A DNA stretch of 64,000 nt from an uncultured bacterium (GTDB lineage: Bacteria > Patescibacteriota > Patescibacteriia > UBA9570 > XYC2-FULL-38-9). The stretch lies in assembly GCA_937996685.1 (NCBI GenBank), contig CALKUP010000016.1:85879-149878 (forward strand), read 5' to 3'. Positions 47,195-58,200 of this stretch are shown piece by piece. The notes beneath the pieces are model-generated. The model was given only the letters and a program-made list of their open reading frames with translations. It did not search any database and had not been told where the DNA came from. The stretch's first letter is position 1, and every line of letters starts with the position of its first letter. A program made the translations under genes and the position numbers.

Positions 47195-48007
47195 TTATCG
47201 TGGATTGTATGATCCAAGGAGGCATTTCCAAATAATAACCAACAAATCAATATGTCCGAGGTGGTTGATTTTTGTTGGGATTTTTCCTGAGTCTGGATAT
47301 GCGCGGGTAACAGGAATTTCTTTTGTGACAAGCCCAAGGCGTGGCGCGCGAACACTCAAATAGGCGAGAAGTTCATAGGTGCTGAAGATGTCACGAAATG
47401 GTTCAACGCGCGGATCAAGTAACATTTTTTTACTGTATCCACGGAATCCGTTTGTTGTGTCGGTGTACCAGAAATGCGCTGCAAGAGAGAGGACAGGGGC
47501 GTGGACAAATCGAATTCCGGCCCAACGAGCAAATGGGGTGTTAATTGCTTTACCTCCTGGAACAAAGCGAGATCCTTGAATAAAGTCACCACCTTTTTTG
47601 AGTTCTTCAATGAAACTTGGAATCGCTTCAACGCCATCTTTGCCGTTCCCGTCAACGGTGATAATACCTTCGTATCCTTGTAGTAATGCGTATGAATAGG
47701 CCATGCGTAGTTGTGCTGAAAGTTTTCCGGGACCTGTTTTGACAAGTAGTGTCCGCACACCAAGAAAGCGCATGATTTCTTCGGCAGTTGATCCGTCTGA
47801 GCTGCCGCCGTCTGCAATAATGATATCAGCGTGGTTTTGGATCCCGGCGTCAAGAATTTTTTGCAGTTGCATTTTAATGCGCTCACCTTCGTTGATGATT
47901 GGAATCACAACACAGTAGTCTTTTTGTTTTGTGCTGTATTCATGTGTGTCATATGACGGGACTTGCCACTGTGATGAATCGATTGTTGTGTGAGTTGATT
48001 GTTCCAT
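47195..48007 (-). CDS. GT2 polyprenol-phosphate glycosyltransferase (DPM1-like, soluble)
   Basis: VVIPIINEG, ADGGSSDGS, VDGNGKD, QGSRFVPGG, DTTNGFR. Confidence 0.88.
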   Translation of the reverse strand: MEQSTHTTIDSSQWQVPSYDTHEYSTKQKDYCVVIPIINEGERIKMQLQKILDAGIQNHADIIIADGGSSDGSTAEEIMRFLGVRTLLVKTGPGKLSAQLRMAYSYALLQGYEGIITVDGNGKDGVEAIPSFIEELKKGGDFIQGSRFVPGGKAINTPFARWAGIRFVHAPVLSLAAHFWYTDTTNGFRGYSKKMLLDPRVEPFRDIFSTYELLAYLSVRAPRLGLVTKEIPVTRAYPDSGKIPTKINHLGHIDLLVIIWKCLLGSYNPR

Positions 48008-48024
48008 AGTGAAAGGCTAAAAAA

Positions 48025-48843
48025 TTATTGATAGATATGAGAAACAAATTCAGCAGCTTGCGTTACGGCGATGGTGTTTCGTGTTGTTAGGCCGTCTTTC
48101 ATTTCTACTGTCACCCAACCAGTGTAGTTGATATCACGCAGCGCCTCAGCAGCACTCATGTGAATGTCCGTTGTTTCTGGGAGTCCAACTTGAGATAGCT
48201 CGGGTGCTGCAACATGAAAATGCTTGAGTAGCGCGCCGCTCTTTCGGATAACCGCTGGAATATCGTCGTTCATCATGATCATTGAGCCAGTATCGAGATG
48301 AAGTTTCACGCCAGGGTGATTCACTGCGGTGACAAATGCGATGCCTTCTTCGGCAGTCCGAATAAAGTCGCAACCGTATGCCGCAGCGTTTGGTTCGATG
48401 ACGATGCAGGTATTGTGTTGAACAGCAGATTCGCCCATTTGACGAAATGCGTCGATTGCAATAGTGGTTGCTTCCTCAAGAGGCAAGTCTCCGCGGACGC
48501 GATTTTTTGGTGATCCAAATACAACTGCTGAGACGCCAAGTTTTCCGGCGACGGCAACCATTGCGTTGGTAAATGCAATCATCTCCGCGCGGACAGTGGG
48601 TGATCCGAATAGTTGGTGCTGTGGGAATCCAAAGTGAATGGATTGTGCGCCGGCAATGGCAATATTGTTTTGTGTCCAATAATCAATTACCGCTTGAATG
48701 TCAGCGTCTGTTGCGGTAAGTGGTTCTGCGAAAATTTTTGAGAGCGCGAAGTCAACGCCGGTAATGCCATTGTTATGCATGATGTCGATGACGGCTGCGT
48801 TTTCGTCAGGTGACCATGCGATATTTGAGAGTGAGAGTTTCAT
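48025..48843 (-). CDS. sugar phosphate isomerase/epimerase (xylose-isomerase-like TIM barrel)
   Basis: LSNIAW, VFGSPKNR, IEPN..YGCDF, HLDTG, HFHV, VTVEM. Confidence 0.85.
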   Translation of the reverse strand: MKLSLSNIAWSPDENAAVIDIMHNNGITGVDFALSKIFAEPLTATDADIQAVIDYWTQNNIAIAGAQSIHFGFPQHQLFGSPTVRAEMIAFTNAMVAVAGKLGVSAVVFGSPKNRVRGDLPLEEATTIAIDAFRQMGESAVQHNTCIVIEPNAAAYGCDFIRTAEEGIAFVTAVNHPGVKLHLDTGSMIMMNDDIPAVIRKSGALLKHFHVAAPELSQVGLPETTDIHMSAAEALRDINYTGWVTVEMKDGLTTRNTIAVTQAAEFVSHIYQ

Positions 48844-48847
48844 GGCG

Positions 48848-49684
48848 TTATTGTTTTACTGGTGGATTACCAAGGCCTTGTGCGATGCGTTCGCGTTCCT
48901 CGGCGACAAACTGTCTAATGCCGGCAACAGATTCTTCTTTTGAATAGAGGTACATGCCCGTTTTACCAAACGCTTCCGCGTGATTTGTTTGGATATTGTA
49001 ATGCCATGGCATTTTATCAGCAGGACGATTTGTAAAATCAACATCAAATACAAGCTTGGCCATTTCCGCTGCTTGAATTGGCTCAACAGCGATGTTGAGG
49101 AGTGAAATTCCTGCGCTCAAGGCAGTCTGAATATCTCGGCTTAAGTTTCCAAGGTCGTAAAATTGGTACATGCTGTCTGCGTGAGTGAACTCAAGAGCGT
49201 TCGTGTAGATGAGATCGTAAATGAAGTTTTTCTTAATCCCTGCGCCATAGAGTCCTGGGAGGCGAACAATCAGGTGTTTTGGAAAATGAGTTTTAACAAA
49301 TTCTTCTAAGACATATCGATTCGCGCCATATGGACTGTTTTGTGTTGGATCGATAGTCGTGTCTTCAGTGACCTCGCTGCGGTGTTGTTCTGGGTAGACG
49401 TCAACACTGGAAATGAGCACAAGTGTTTCGGCAGTGATCGTTTTTAGGTGCTCCATGAGGGCATTAAGCGCTTCCATGTCTTCTTCTGGGTGTTGATTCG
49501 CGTACCAAACAACTGCTGGGGCGCCAGCGCTCACAACGAGATCATAGTTTTTGCCGTTGATGTCGTGGATATTTTTTGTGTTGTAGAGGTCTAAGAAAGG
49601 GGAGAGGGTGCCGTTTTCGCCGTTTGATTTTGACAAAATATTACCACCAACAAATCCGGTATATCCAATAAGTGCTGTCTTCAT
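48848..49684 (-). CDS. NAD(P)-dependent epimerase/reductase (extended SDR-like)
   Basis: MKTALIGYTGFVGGN, LISSVDVY, YGANR, VRLPGLYG..KKNFIYDL; true start 49684. Confidence 0.85.
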   Translation of the reverse strand: MKTALIGYTGFVGGNILSKSNGENGTLSPFLDLYNTKNIHDINGKNYDLVVSAGAPAVVWYANQHPEEDMEALNALMEHLKTITAETLVLISSVDVYPEQHRSEVTEDTTIDPTQNSPYGANRYVLEEFVKTHFPKHLIVRLPGLYGAGIKKNFIYDLIYTNALEFTHADSMYQFYDLGNLSRDIQTALSAGISLLNIAVEPIQAAEMAKLVFDVDFTNRPADKMPWHYNIQTNHAEAFGKTGMYLYSKEESVAGIRQFVAEERERIAQGLGNPPVKQ

Positions 49685-49713
49685 AAAGAATGTATAGACT
49701 AATAATTTTGTGT

Positions 49714-49756
49714 AGTATAGCGATTTTTTGGCGAAATGTCGAATGAGTGTTATGCT
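49714..49756. promoter_or_regulatory. overlapping divergent promoters
   Basis: minus strand: TCGACA-17-TATACT (49742 to 49714); plus strand: TTGGCG-17-TATGCT with TG extension, 6 nt before ATG 49763. Confidence 0.55.
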
Positions 49757-49762
49757 GTTTTT

Positions 49763-50878
49763 ATGATTAATACAGCAGATACAACGTGGGATGTCGTGAT
49801 TATTGGGGGTGGTTTTTATGGAGCCACGCTCGCATTGTTTTTTGCGCAACAAGGCAAGCGTGTCGTCATTCTTGAGAAATCAGATCAGTTGTTTACTGGC
49901 GCATCATATGTCAATCAGGCGCGTGTCCATAATGGGTATCATTATCCGCGGAGTATTATCACTGCGTTGCGTTCTCGGATTAATTTTAATCGTTTTATTA
50001 CGGATTATCCTGAGGTTATTGATTCTGATTTTGAAAAAATTTACGCCATTGCAAAAAATCATTCAAAAGTTACCGCGCGTCAATTTGCGTTATTTTGTCA
50101 AAATATCGGAGCCGAATTTCGCCCGGCTGATGCAGATATCGCTTCTTTGTTTAATAAGGACACAACGGAAAGTGTATTTACAGTGAAAGAGTACGCCTTT
50201 AATTCAATGATATTGCGAGATCTCTGCCTTACAGCACTTGAAAAGGCTGGGGTTGATATTTTGTATAACACAACAGCTGCAAAGGTGTCGCAAGGGGTTG
50301 AGGCAGGCACGGTGCTTGTTGAAACTGAGCAAGGCGGAGGCTATCTCGCTGGCAAGGTGATTAACTGTGCCTACGCTGGAATTAATGAGGTATTGCGAGC
50401 GTCAGAGTTGCCGCTTCTGGGAATGAAATATGAATATACAGAAATGGGGCTTGTTGAAATGCCAGAGCCGCTCCGCAAGATTGGAATCACTGTCATGGAC
50501 GGACCATTTTTTTCCATGATGCCATTTCCAGCAGCTGGTGCAGTACACTCATTGAGTCATGTTCGGTATACTCCGCATTTTACATGGACTGAACATGATG
50601 ACCAGGCGGTTGTTAAAGAGCGTTTGTCACATATCCAAGAAAAGCATGTTTCAAATACGCCAATGATGATTGCGGATGTGAAGCGTTTTTTACCGATATG
50701 CTCAGACATTGTCGTAAAGCAGTCTATTTGGACAACAAAAACTATTTTACAGGAAAATGAACATGATGATGGTCGTCCTATTTTGTATCGCCCAAACTAT
50801 GGGGGAATACAGAATTTTTCTGTTGTGATGGGAGGAAAAATTGATAATATCTACGATATTTTGGCGGTGATTTCATAA
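49763..50878 (+). CDS. FAD-dependent oxidoreductase (DAO-like)
   Basis: VIIGGGFYG, ASYVNQARVHNGYHYPRS, TVMDGPFFS.MPF, DDGRPIL, GGKIDN; start reset to 49763. Confidence 0.88.
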   Translation: MINTADTTWDVVIIGGGFYGATLALFFAQQGKRVVILEKSDQLFTGASYVNQARVHNGYHYPRSIITALRSRINFNRFITDYPEVIDSDFEKIYAIAKNHSKVTARQFALFCQNIGAEFRPADADIASLFNKDTTESVFTVKEYAFNSMILRDLCLTALEKAGVDILYNTTAAKVSQGVEAGTVLVETEQGGGYLAGKVINCAYAGINEVLRASELPLLGMKYEYTEMGLVEMPEPLRKIGITVMDGPFFSMMPFPAAGAVHSLSHVRYTPHFTWTEHDDQAVVKERLSHIQEKHVSNTPMMIADVKRFLPICSDIVVKQSIWTTKTILQENEHDDGRPILYRPNYGGIQNFSVVMGGKIDNIYDILAVIS

Positions 50879-50928
50879 TGTGCTGCAGGGTTGTTTTTTG
50901 TCGAACATTCCGTTAGAATAAGCAGAGT

Positions 50929-53382
50929 ATGAAAAAAAATAGTCACCGAAGGTATTTAGATTTTTTGTTACGATTTTTAGATATTTTTGAAAAAAATACA
51001 GATACAGCGTACTTGTGGATCGGTGTCTTGATATACGGAATTGTGTTGTATTTTGCTTCAATGGAGGCCTTGCAGCACGCGTTTTATTTTGATGGATATC
51101 CAACCAACGGAGCTTTTCAATTACTGGATCCATTACGACGAGTCGCTGATGGTCAAATTGTTGGCAAAGATTTTTTTGTGTTTCATGGGATTGGAGCGGT
51201 CTTTCTTCACTATCCAATTTTTGCATTGTTCGGTAAAAATATTTTCGCGTCCCAATTGGCGCATTATTTTGTTTCCCCCTTGCTATTTATGTTGAGTAGC
51301 ATTTTGTTTGGTTTTGTTGTGTTTGAAAAAGAATGGAGAAAGGGCATCTTTGTGACATCAATAGTCGTCGGATATTATTGGATGCGTCAGTCAATTTTAA
51401 TCACTCCAGGAAACTCCATTCTCGGTGTTCGGTCTATCGGGCCAATTTTTGGGTTTGTCTTGTTGTATGCTGCTTTGCGTTTTGGTTTCCAAAAAATAAG
51501 TCGGTCACTAGAAGATCAGTCACTCGCTCGACGAATTGCATGGAATCAGCATGGCGCATTTGGTGCTGTTGCCGGGCTTGTGTGTGCTGCAGTTTTTTTT
51601 ATTAGCACAGAGCATGGGCTTGCGTTTGTCCTTGGTTTTGGTGTTGCAACGCTGCTTGTCTATCCGGCTTCTGTACCGCACCGTTTCGTTGTTGCGTGTG
51701 TGAGCGGTGTATCATTTTTGTTGGGTGTAACGATTCTTTTTTCGATGGCATCGGGTCGATATGCTCTTGATGCGATTCGTTATGCGCTGGTTGATGTTCC
51801 GTCAGATCAATTTTGGTATTTTGGCGCTCCGCCAAATCGGTATTTGACTCAAGGCATTGATAGCGATTGGTTTATCCCGATATTATTCTTTACGGTCCTT
51901 GCTTTAACGGCTGTGTTGTTCGTTGTTGCGTATAAAAAACGTTCGTTTGCCCACTACAGTGTATGGATGGTGTTATTGTACTCTCTTGGAACATTTATCC
52001 CGCAACTCGGATACTACGGCCGATCATATGCTGAGCCGGCTGTACGTATGCTTGTTGGTTTGGCTATTGTGTTATTGTGGAGCCAGCGAACGCGTATTGG
52101 CGCTGTCGCGGAGCGCATAACGCAACGCATGACATATCCGAGTGTATTTGTGTTTGTGTGCATATTGTTTCTTGTGTACGGATTTTTTACAGTAAAGCAA
52201 ACAGCCTATTACATACAGTCGCCAATGCAGCAATTGCGTCATTTAGTTGTTGGTTTGCCACGTAAACGATCTTCGGTGACATTAGATGGCGCAATGGTGT
52301 CTGATAAATGGGCGAAGCGGTATGCGGTTGCAGTGAATGCAATGAGTGATGATCTCTTTTTTATCGAACCTGTCACAAATGAAGACTGGAAGAATGGTGT
52401 GAGTAAAAATAAAATGCACATCTTGGTGCGCTCAACAGTAAAGCGGCAGCGCTTATTGCAAGCTGGACAAACAATTCAATTGCCTCAGACAGGTAAGCAC
52501 ACTGTGATTTCTGTGCAACCATGGGAAGGTGATATTGTAGAAGTTGCGCTTGATAAACCAGTTGATGTTGCATTAGATGTATACCCTGCGGCAGTTGATT
52601 TTTCAAAATCAAAGCGCCCATTATTATGGTCTACATACGCTGGTGTTATTGAGTCTCAGTTGAATGTTTTTCATCCGTCATATGATTATATTATTCATGC
52701 CTTAGGAGAAAAAAAACGAGCACAATATGTCAGCGACCTCAAGGAGATGAAGCCGCGTTATGTTTCAGTGGTGCGTGATGATTTTTTCATCTATGAGCCA
52801 TGGCTACGGAGTGAAAATTGGCCGTTTTATAAGGCATTGTTAGAGCAGTATGTACCGACTACGTCTTCCGATTACGCTGTGATGTTTAAACGAAATAAAA
52901 AATCAAGTATTGAAAAAACTGGCCCTGAGACAGACATTGAAATTATCCCGCATGTTGGCATTGAGCCGTTTGCTTCTTTTTACCCAGTAAAAATTGATGA
53001 GGCAAAGCCACAGATTCTTATCATGACACTGCAGTATACTGTCCATAATCCATGGAGCGCAGTGCCGTACATTGGTAAAGTGCCACGATATATTGTTCAT
53101 TCAAGTACTGCTGGAACGCAAGATCAGCATGTGATTCCAACTGCTCTCATTCCATATCAAACAACAATGGAGATTCCTTTTGTCATTACGGACAAAGATC
53201 GATTAGTTGAACTATCCCTTGAGACAGCGTTTCGATTGCCTGGACTGTCTGTCTCTATTGATCGAGCCTCTTATCATCTCATGACATTAACACCGGAAGC
53301 AACAGATCTATTTTTAAAAGAGTATCGTCCAAAAGACGTTATTCTGAAAGAAAAAACGCAAGGGTTACCGGAAGAGGAGTGA
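50929..53382 (+). CDS. large polytopic membrane protein, GT-C-like
   Basis: DG..TNG.FQL..PLRR...GQ..GKDFFVFHG loop, about 11 TM, C-terminal extracytoplasmic region with DYIIHALG. Confidence 0.7.
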   Translation: MKKNSHRRYLDFLLRFLDIFEKNTDTAYLWIGVLIYGIVLYFASMEALQHAFYFDGYPTNGAFQLLDPLRRVADGQIVGKDFFVFHGIGAVFLHYPIFALFGKNIFASQLAHYFVSPLLFMLSSILFGFVVFEKEWRKGIFVTSIVVGYYWMRQSILITPGNSILGVRSIGPIFGFVLLYAALRFGFQKISRSLEDQSLARRIAWNQHGAFGAVAGLVCAAVFFISTEHGLAFVLGFGVATLLVYPASVPHRFVVACVSGVSFLLGVTILFSMASGRYALDAIRYALVDVPSDQFWYFGAPPNRYLTQGIDSDWFIPILFFTVLALTAVLFVVAYKKRSFAHYSVWMVLLYSLGTFIPQLGYYGRSYAEPAVRMLVGLAIVLLWSQRTRIGAVAERITQRMTYPSVFVFVCILFLVYGFFTVKQTAYYIQSPMQQLRHLVVGLPRKRSSVTLDGAMVSDKWAKRYAVAVNAMSDDLFFIEPVTNEDWKNGVSKNKMHILVRSTVKRQRLLQAGQTIQLPQTGKHTVISVQPWEGDIVEVALDKPVDVALDVYPAAVDFSKSKRPLLWSTYAGVIESQLNVFHPSYDYIIHALGEKKRAQYVSDLKEMKPRYVSVVRDDFFIYEPWLRSENWPFYKALLEQYVPTTSSDYAVMFKRNKKSSIEKTGPETDIEIIPHVGIEPFASFYPVKIDEAKPQILIMTLQYTVHNPWSAVPYIGKVPRYIVHSSTAGTQDQHVIPTALIPYQTTMEIPFVITDKDRLVELSLETAFRLPGLSVSIDRASYHLMTLTPEATDLFLKEYRPKDVILKEKTQGLPEEE

Positions 53383-54081
53383 GTATACTTTTTGTAGTCC
53401 TTGGATGACACCGACAAGAATGAGTGTGTATGTCATTGCGAGTAGCGCAGTAAGAGATGTCCAAAAAATAACAGGGGAAAGCAAGAGGCCTTTTTGTTGT
53501 TCTCGCAAGAACTGGTATCGAGAGATCATTGTAAAATAGGATTCAGTATAGATACCCTTCACAAGGAGTGTGCTGGATGGTTCGCTGTCTACACCGGCTA
53601 CCCGATTCACAATAGCTCGTGATCTCATCGGCACAACTGATACATGAGGTGTAACGAGAGCAGTGAGGTCTTTGTTTACTCGTGTGTATTCAATAACGAG
53701 TGTGTTTTTTTCGATCAAATGACCGTTGATTCGTAAGTGAATTTCACCGCTGTGAATCATATTGCTCTTAACAAGAGATGATTGAATAATCTTGTTTCCG
53801 GAGTAGATAATGATTTTTGTATTTGTGTCAGTTATGTTGTCGTACGTTGTTTCTTTGTCGACAAAAAATACCAATTCGTGTAATTGCGGTGAGTCGATGT
53901 AGTATGTTTGAAGAATTGATGTGTAGTCGTCAATATTTTTTTTATAAATCGTATTTTCAAGCTCACTGAAAGAGGTGTCTTCACGTTGATATGGAATGTG
54001 ATGCAGGGTAAAAAATGTCACGCCAACAAGTAGCGCGGATACACAAAAATATCGAATAAAAAAGAATGGCGGTTGTTTCAT
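53365..54081 (-). CDS. hypothetical membrane protein (TM - extracytoplasmic domain - TM)
   Basis: ORF directly downstream of the GT2 (3-nt gap); hydrophobic termini. Confidence 0.7.
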   Translation of the reverse strand: MKQPPFFFIRYFCVSALLVGVTFFTLHHIPYQREDTSFSELENTIYKKNIDDYTSILQTYYIDSPQLHELVFFVDKETTYDNITDTNTKIIIYSGNKIIQSSLVKSNMIHSGEIHLRINGHLIEKNTLVIEYTRVNKDLTALVTPHVSVVPMRSRAIVNRVAGVDSEPSSTLLVKGIYTESYFTMISRYQFLREQQKGLLLSPVIFWTSLTALLAMTYTLILVGVIQGLQKVYSLLFR

Positions 54082-54084
54082 TTG

Positions 54085-55095
54085 TTACACAACGTTTACT
54101 TTTTTATTATGCTGATTGCTGATAATTGTACTGTTGTATTCTTCTGCAATAAAGTAGAGTGGCTGATCTTTTGATTCAATGAGTACCCGAGCAATGTATT
54201 CAGAAATAACAGTGAGAATAAAAAATAAAATGAAGAACATTGTTGAGTTAACAAGAGATGTGCTAATCCATCCTTCGGCAATGTGTGTTTTTTTGATCAA
54301 TGAGACAATAAACACGTAGAAGATGAAGAGGAGGTTCAAGAAGCTCGCCAAGACCCCAAGAAGTGTTGCAAGACGAAGGGGAATAAGCGAATGAGAAATC
54401 ATGACGTCGATTGCTCTCCATACTAACTGAAATAGCGGTTCCTGTGGCTTTGGTGGTTGACGTCGATAGACGCGTTCGTACGGGATGTAGAGTTGGGAGA
54501 ATCCAACTAACGCGTGAAAGTGCTTCAGATAGCGTCCTTTACTTTTAATACGAGTAATAGAGTTCACTGCTCGGCGGGTGAGGACACGGAAGTTACTTGC
54601 ATTTGGTATCACAATAAATCCAGAAATGCGAGCGTATAGCTTGTAAAACATGACTGAGAAAATATTGCGCAAAAAGGTATTATCCGATCGATCTTTGCGT
54701 TCAGCAATGACGATGTCGACGCCGTCTACAGCTGCGGCAACAAGTGTTGGGATTAGAGATGGAGGATCATGCTCTATATCAAGGAGGACAACGTAGTCTC
54801 CAATGCTGTTTTCAAGCGCTGCGGTAAAGCCGATTTCAGTTCCGTTATTGCGAGACAGTACAATGAGTCGAATGTTTGGAATCGTTGTCTGGAGTGCTCG
54901 AATTTTTTCAACTGAATCATCTGTTGACGCATTGTCGATAATTAAAATCTCAAAAAACTCATATTCATGTTGAATGGTTTCTGCAATTTCAGTGACGGTT
55001 TCTGTGATGATATCAGCGTCATTCATTGATATCAGCGCAACGGTCACCACTGATTGTAGTGGTTTTTTCGGGTGAGTTGATTCGGTTTCTGTCAT
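54085..55095 (-). CDS. GT2 GtrB/ArnC-like polyprenol-phosphate glycosyltransferase with two C-terminal TMs
   Basis: IIDNASTD, LSRNNG, GDYVVLLD, FRVLTRRAVN, PLR, EYIARV..E.K.QPLY. Confidence 0.88.
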   Translation of the reverse strand: MTETESTHPKKPLQSVVTVALISMNDADIITETVTEIAETIQHEYEFFEILIIDNASTDDSVEKIRALQTTIPNIRLIVLSRNNGTEIGFTAALENSIGDYVVLLDIEHDPPSLIPTLVAAAVDGVDIVIAERKDRSDNTFLRNIFSVMFYKLYARISGFIVIPNASNFRVLTRRAVNSITRIKSKGRYLKHFHALVGFSQLYIPYERVYRRQPPKPQEPLFQLVWRAIDVMISHSLIPLRLATLLGVLASFLNLLFIFYVFIVSLIKKTHIAEGWISTSLVNSTMFFILFFILTVISEYIARVLIESKDQPLYFIAEEYNSTIISNQHNKKVNVV

Positions 55096-55214
55096 AAAAG
55101 TAGTAAGTTGAACAAGAGTGTGCTTTGGGAGTTCGGTAACGTGTTTATTTCTTTTTAGTATGCTACTATTATTTTGGTATATTCGTCAATTAAATAGAGG
55201 GGTATTTTGTCTAT

Positions 55215-58200
55215 ATGAGTCGTCTGATAATTGCAGATTTGTTCGATAAAACACGCATCCGAGCCGCCTGTGCGCAGTGGTGGCCTGTTGGCCTTTTTTT
55301 TGGTCTTCTGGTTACGTATCTCGTCTATGGTTCATGGAGTATTGCACTTGAGTCGGGTGTGACTGATCAGGCTTCACAAGCAACGGCTTTTGGTATAGAT
55401 ATTTCAGCTCGAGTAACCCGTTTTGTGGTGAGTGTGCTTGTATTTTATGCCGTTTTTGTTGTGACGCTATTGTCATTTGCTTCTATGCAGAAGCTGAGTT
55501 CATTTCGCTCACTGTTTTTTAATACAGGACTTATTGGATTGATGGTATTTTGCGGAATGGCTCTCCATCCTGTTTCTTTCGCTGTGCCGAGTAGTCTTTG
55601 GGTTATTGCTGGGTTATGTATCACCGAAGTTGCTTTGGTGTACCTGTTTCCGTTTGAGAGCATAGGAATGATTGAGCAGCGTATATGGTTGTGGGTTTCT
55701 AGCACGCTTGGATTGTGGAGTGTTGTTGTGTATTTTTTGATGCTGGAAGGAGTTTCGTTTCTTGTGGCTACATTGTTCGGCGTGCTTGTGACTGCGGCGT
55801 GGTGTTGGCTGTTATTGTTTATAGATACGTGCGCGCAAAGAGTTGCGTTGCCTGCTTTTTTAGCACTGATTGTGCGGATAGTGTTTTTTCTGCAAGCAAC
55901 AGCGATTCTGTTCACATTGTTACCCATTTGGGTGAATGAGTCTATTGTATTGTTCCGTGTTCGGCTTGATGCTGTCGTACAGCCAGTCTCTATTGTTGCG
56001 GCTTTTTTTGCTCTATATGCTTTCCTTGTTGTTGCGTATCTTATTGTGACTCGTCATTTATCACCGCGGTCTCTTCGTGAAATGATTACGAAAGATGTTC
56101 GGTTATTGTATTACTGGGTGTATCCAATGTGTATTGTAGTTGCTTCTGTGTTTTCTTGGTATGAACTTACGACTCATGAGTCATTAGAATTATTCGAGCA
56201 AGCAAATCCTGGATTGTTGATTCAGCAGTGGTTTGATTTTGGTAAAATTCCTTTTGTCGATACATTTAATGCACATGGTTTTTCTGATGCAGTGTGGGGG
56301 TTTTTCTATACCGCGTTATTTGGTTTTTCTGCCGAACAATGGAATGCGTATGACTTTTTACAACGCGTTGTTGAGCTTGTGTTCTTTTATTATTTTCTTG
56401 GGAGCCTCACGAAGCGTTATCAATTTGCAGCTGTATTTGTTTTATTTTATTCAAGTCTCGATGTCGTTATTCCGTTTTACTTTACTCCGGCATTGGTATT
56501 GTCGTTGTTGATTGCACGATACCATAGGCACAAAACAACAACTGGATTCTTATGGTTGTTCGTTGTGTCACTTGTGTTGTTTTGGTGGAAAATTGACATC
56601 GGAAGCAGTGCGGTACTCGCTGTTCTTGCGACAGTGTGTTTTATTCAAATGAGTGATGTATCCGCTTTATTTTTTCGGAAAAAAGAACTTGTAGTAATTG
56701 CGTGCGGTGCTGCGATGGCTGGAGCTATTGGTGTTTTTTTTCTGAGTCAGCATGGTTCCATTTTTGTGGATCGATGCATGCTTGTCTTGCATATATTTAA
56801 TTCGAATCAAACATTCGGTTACCCAAAATTATCTGGTTCTGTGAACACTATTGCTGTGCTTGATTATGCCTTGATGCCGCTCGGTCTCACCGCAATGCTT
56901 GTATGGATTTTCTTGCACTACAAGACATGGGCAGTACAGTTGCGCGATCGACGAATGCTTGATGTCATTGTGTATAGTGCGTTTTTTTCACTCGCGCTGC
57001 ATACCCGCGGCTTGGTGCGGCACACATTATTGTTGGGCTATAGTTACGTTGTCTTGTCCTTTAGTATTCTTGCTTTCGGGCTTTTTGCATTTTTTTTAGT
57101 AGAGAAAAAAGATGTCATCAAGAATATCAGTAAAAATCTATCTCTGCAGAATGTGTTTGTTTTTGTGATTTTTATTCTGACGCTCACAATGTCTATGCGG
57201 ACTGAATACTTAATGCATTTATATGAGCGCTTAGAAACATCAGGATCGGTGGTTGATTATGGTGTGAGTCATTGGTTTACGATGGCGCAGCAGTCATTTC
57301 CAAAACGAGTGGTTACTTTAGAGCCAGAAAAACGTGAAGCAGCCTTTGGAAATACAAAGCGGTTTTTAGATGCTCAATTGACCCCGGATCAAACATTTTT
57401 TGATTTCAGTACAAATCCAATGTTGTATGTATACACACATCGAAAATCGCCGCATTATGCAAATCATACAATGATGTATCATGATGTATTTTTGCAAAAT
57501 GAACTTGTGCGTGAGTTACACGGTCAAGATATTCCTGTTCTTATATTCAGTGTGAGTGAGCCGGGTGTATATAATTTAGATACGATACCATTTCAGTATC
57601 GATATCCTATTGTGTCTGAGTATATCTACGGTGCGTACCGCCCATTTGCAGTGATTGACGGCAGGGAAGTCTGGGTGCGCAAAGACTGGAGTGTCCCACA
57701 CCCTGAAAAAATGGACGATATTGTTTTTCAGCCAATCGATGACAGCCGGATCAATAGCACTATGAATCTTGGTTTATTGCCTTTGCTGTTGCGACATGAT
57801 ACAGTCGCTCCTGTTCGATCACGTTTTATGATGTATCAGGCAGCTCCGAATGCAGATTTGTTAACAACACCGTCTCAGTTTGTTGGTATGCAGTTGCCGG
57901 TCGCTCAACAGATTGAGTCAACGAGCATGCTGGTTGTGCGTGGTATTGCAAGAGGAGGTAGTCGTGTGCCTGTTCAAGTGTCATTTTCTTCAAAGGATCA
58001 GAAAAAAGGCTCTGGGGTATTTCATTTTGACATGCTTGGTGATGGAGTGGAGCGACAGTACTGGATTCGTGTGAGCACGGCGTATCAGTGGTGGAATAAC
58101 ACTTCTCAATTGCGTGATGTTTTTTTTCAGCTCGACCCAAATCCGGTTTCTGGTTTTGAGGTGGTGCCAAAAAATGATCAATCATCGACAACTGAGTCTG

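Noticed and set aside
47185-47355. Long overlap of the 631-aa ORF with the GT2 gene
   Set aside because: Artefact of an upstream alternative start; MRITT at 47184 removes the overlap
49685-49852. Apparent head-to-head overlap of the epimerase and FAD oxidoreductase ORFs
   Set aside because: True starts at 49684 (-) and 49763 (+) leave a 78-nt divergent promoter region
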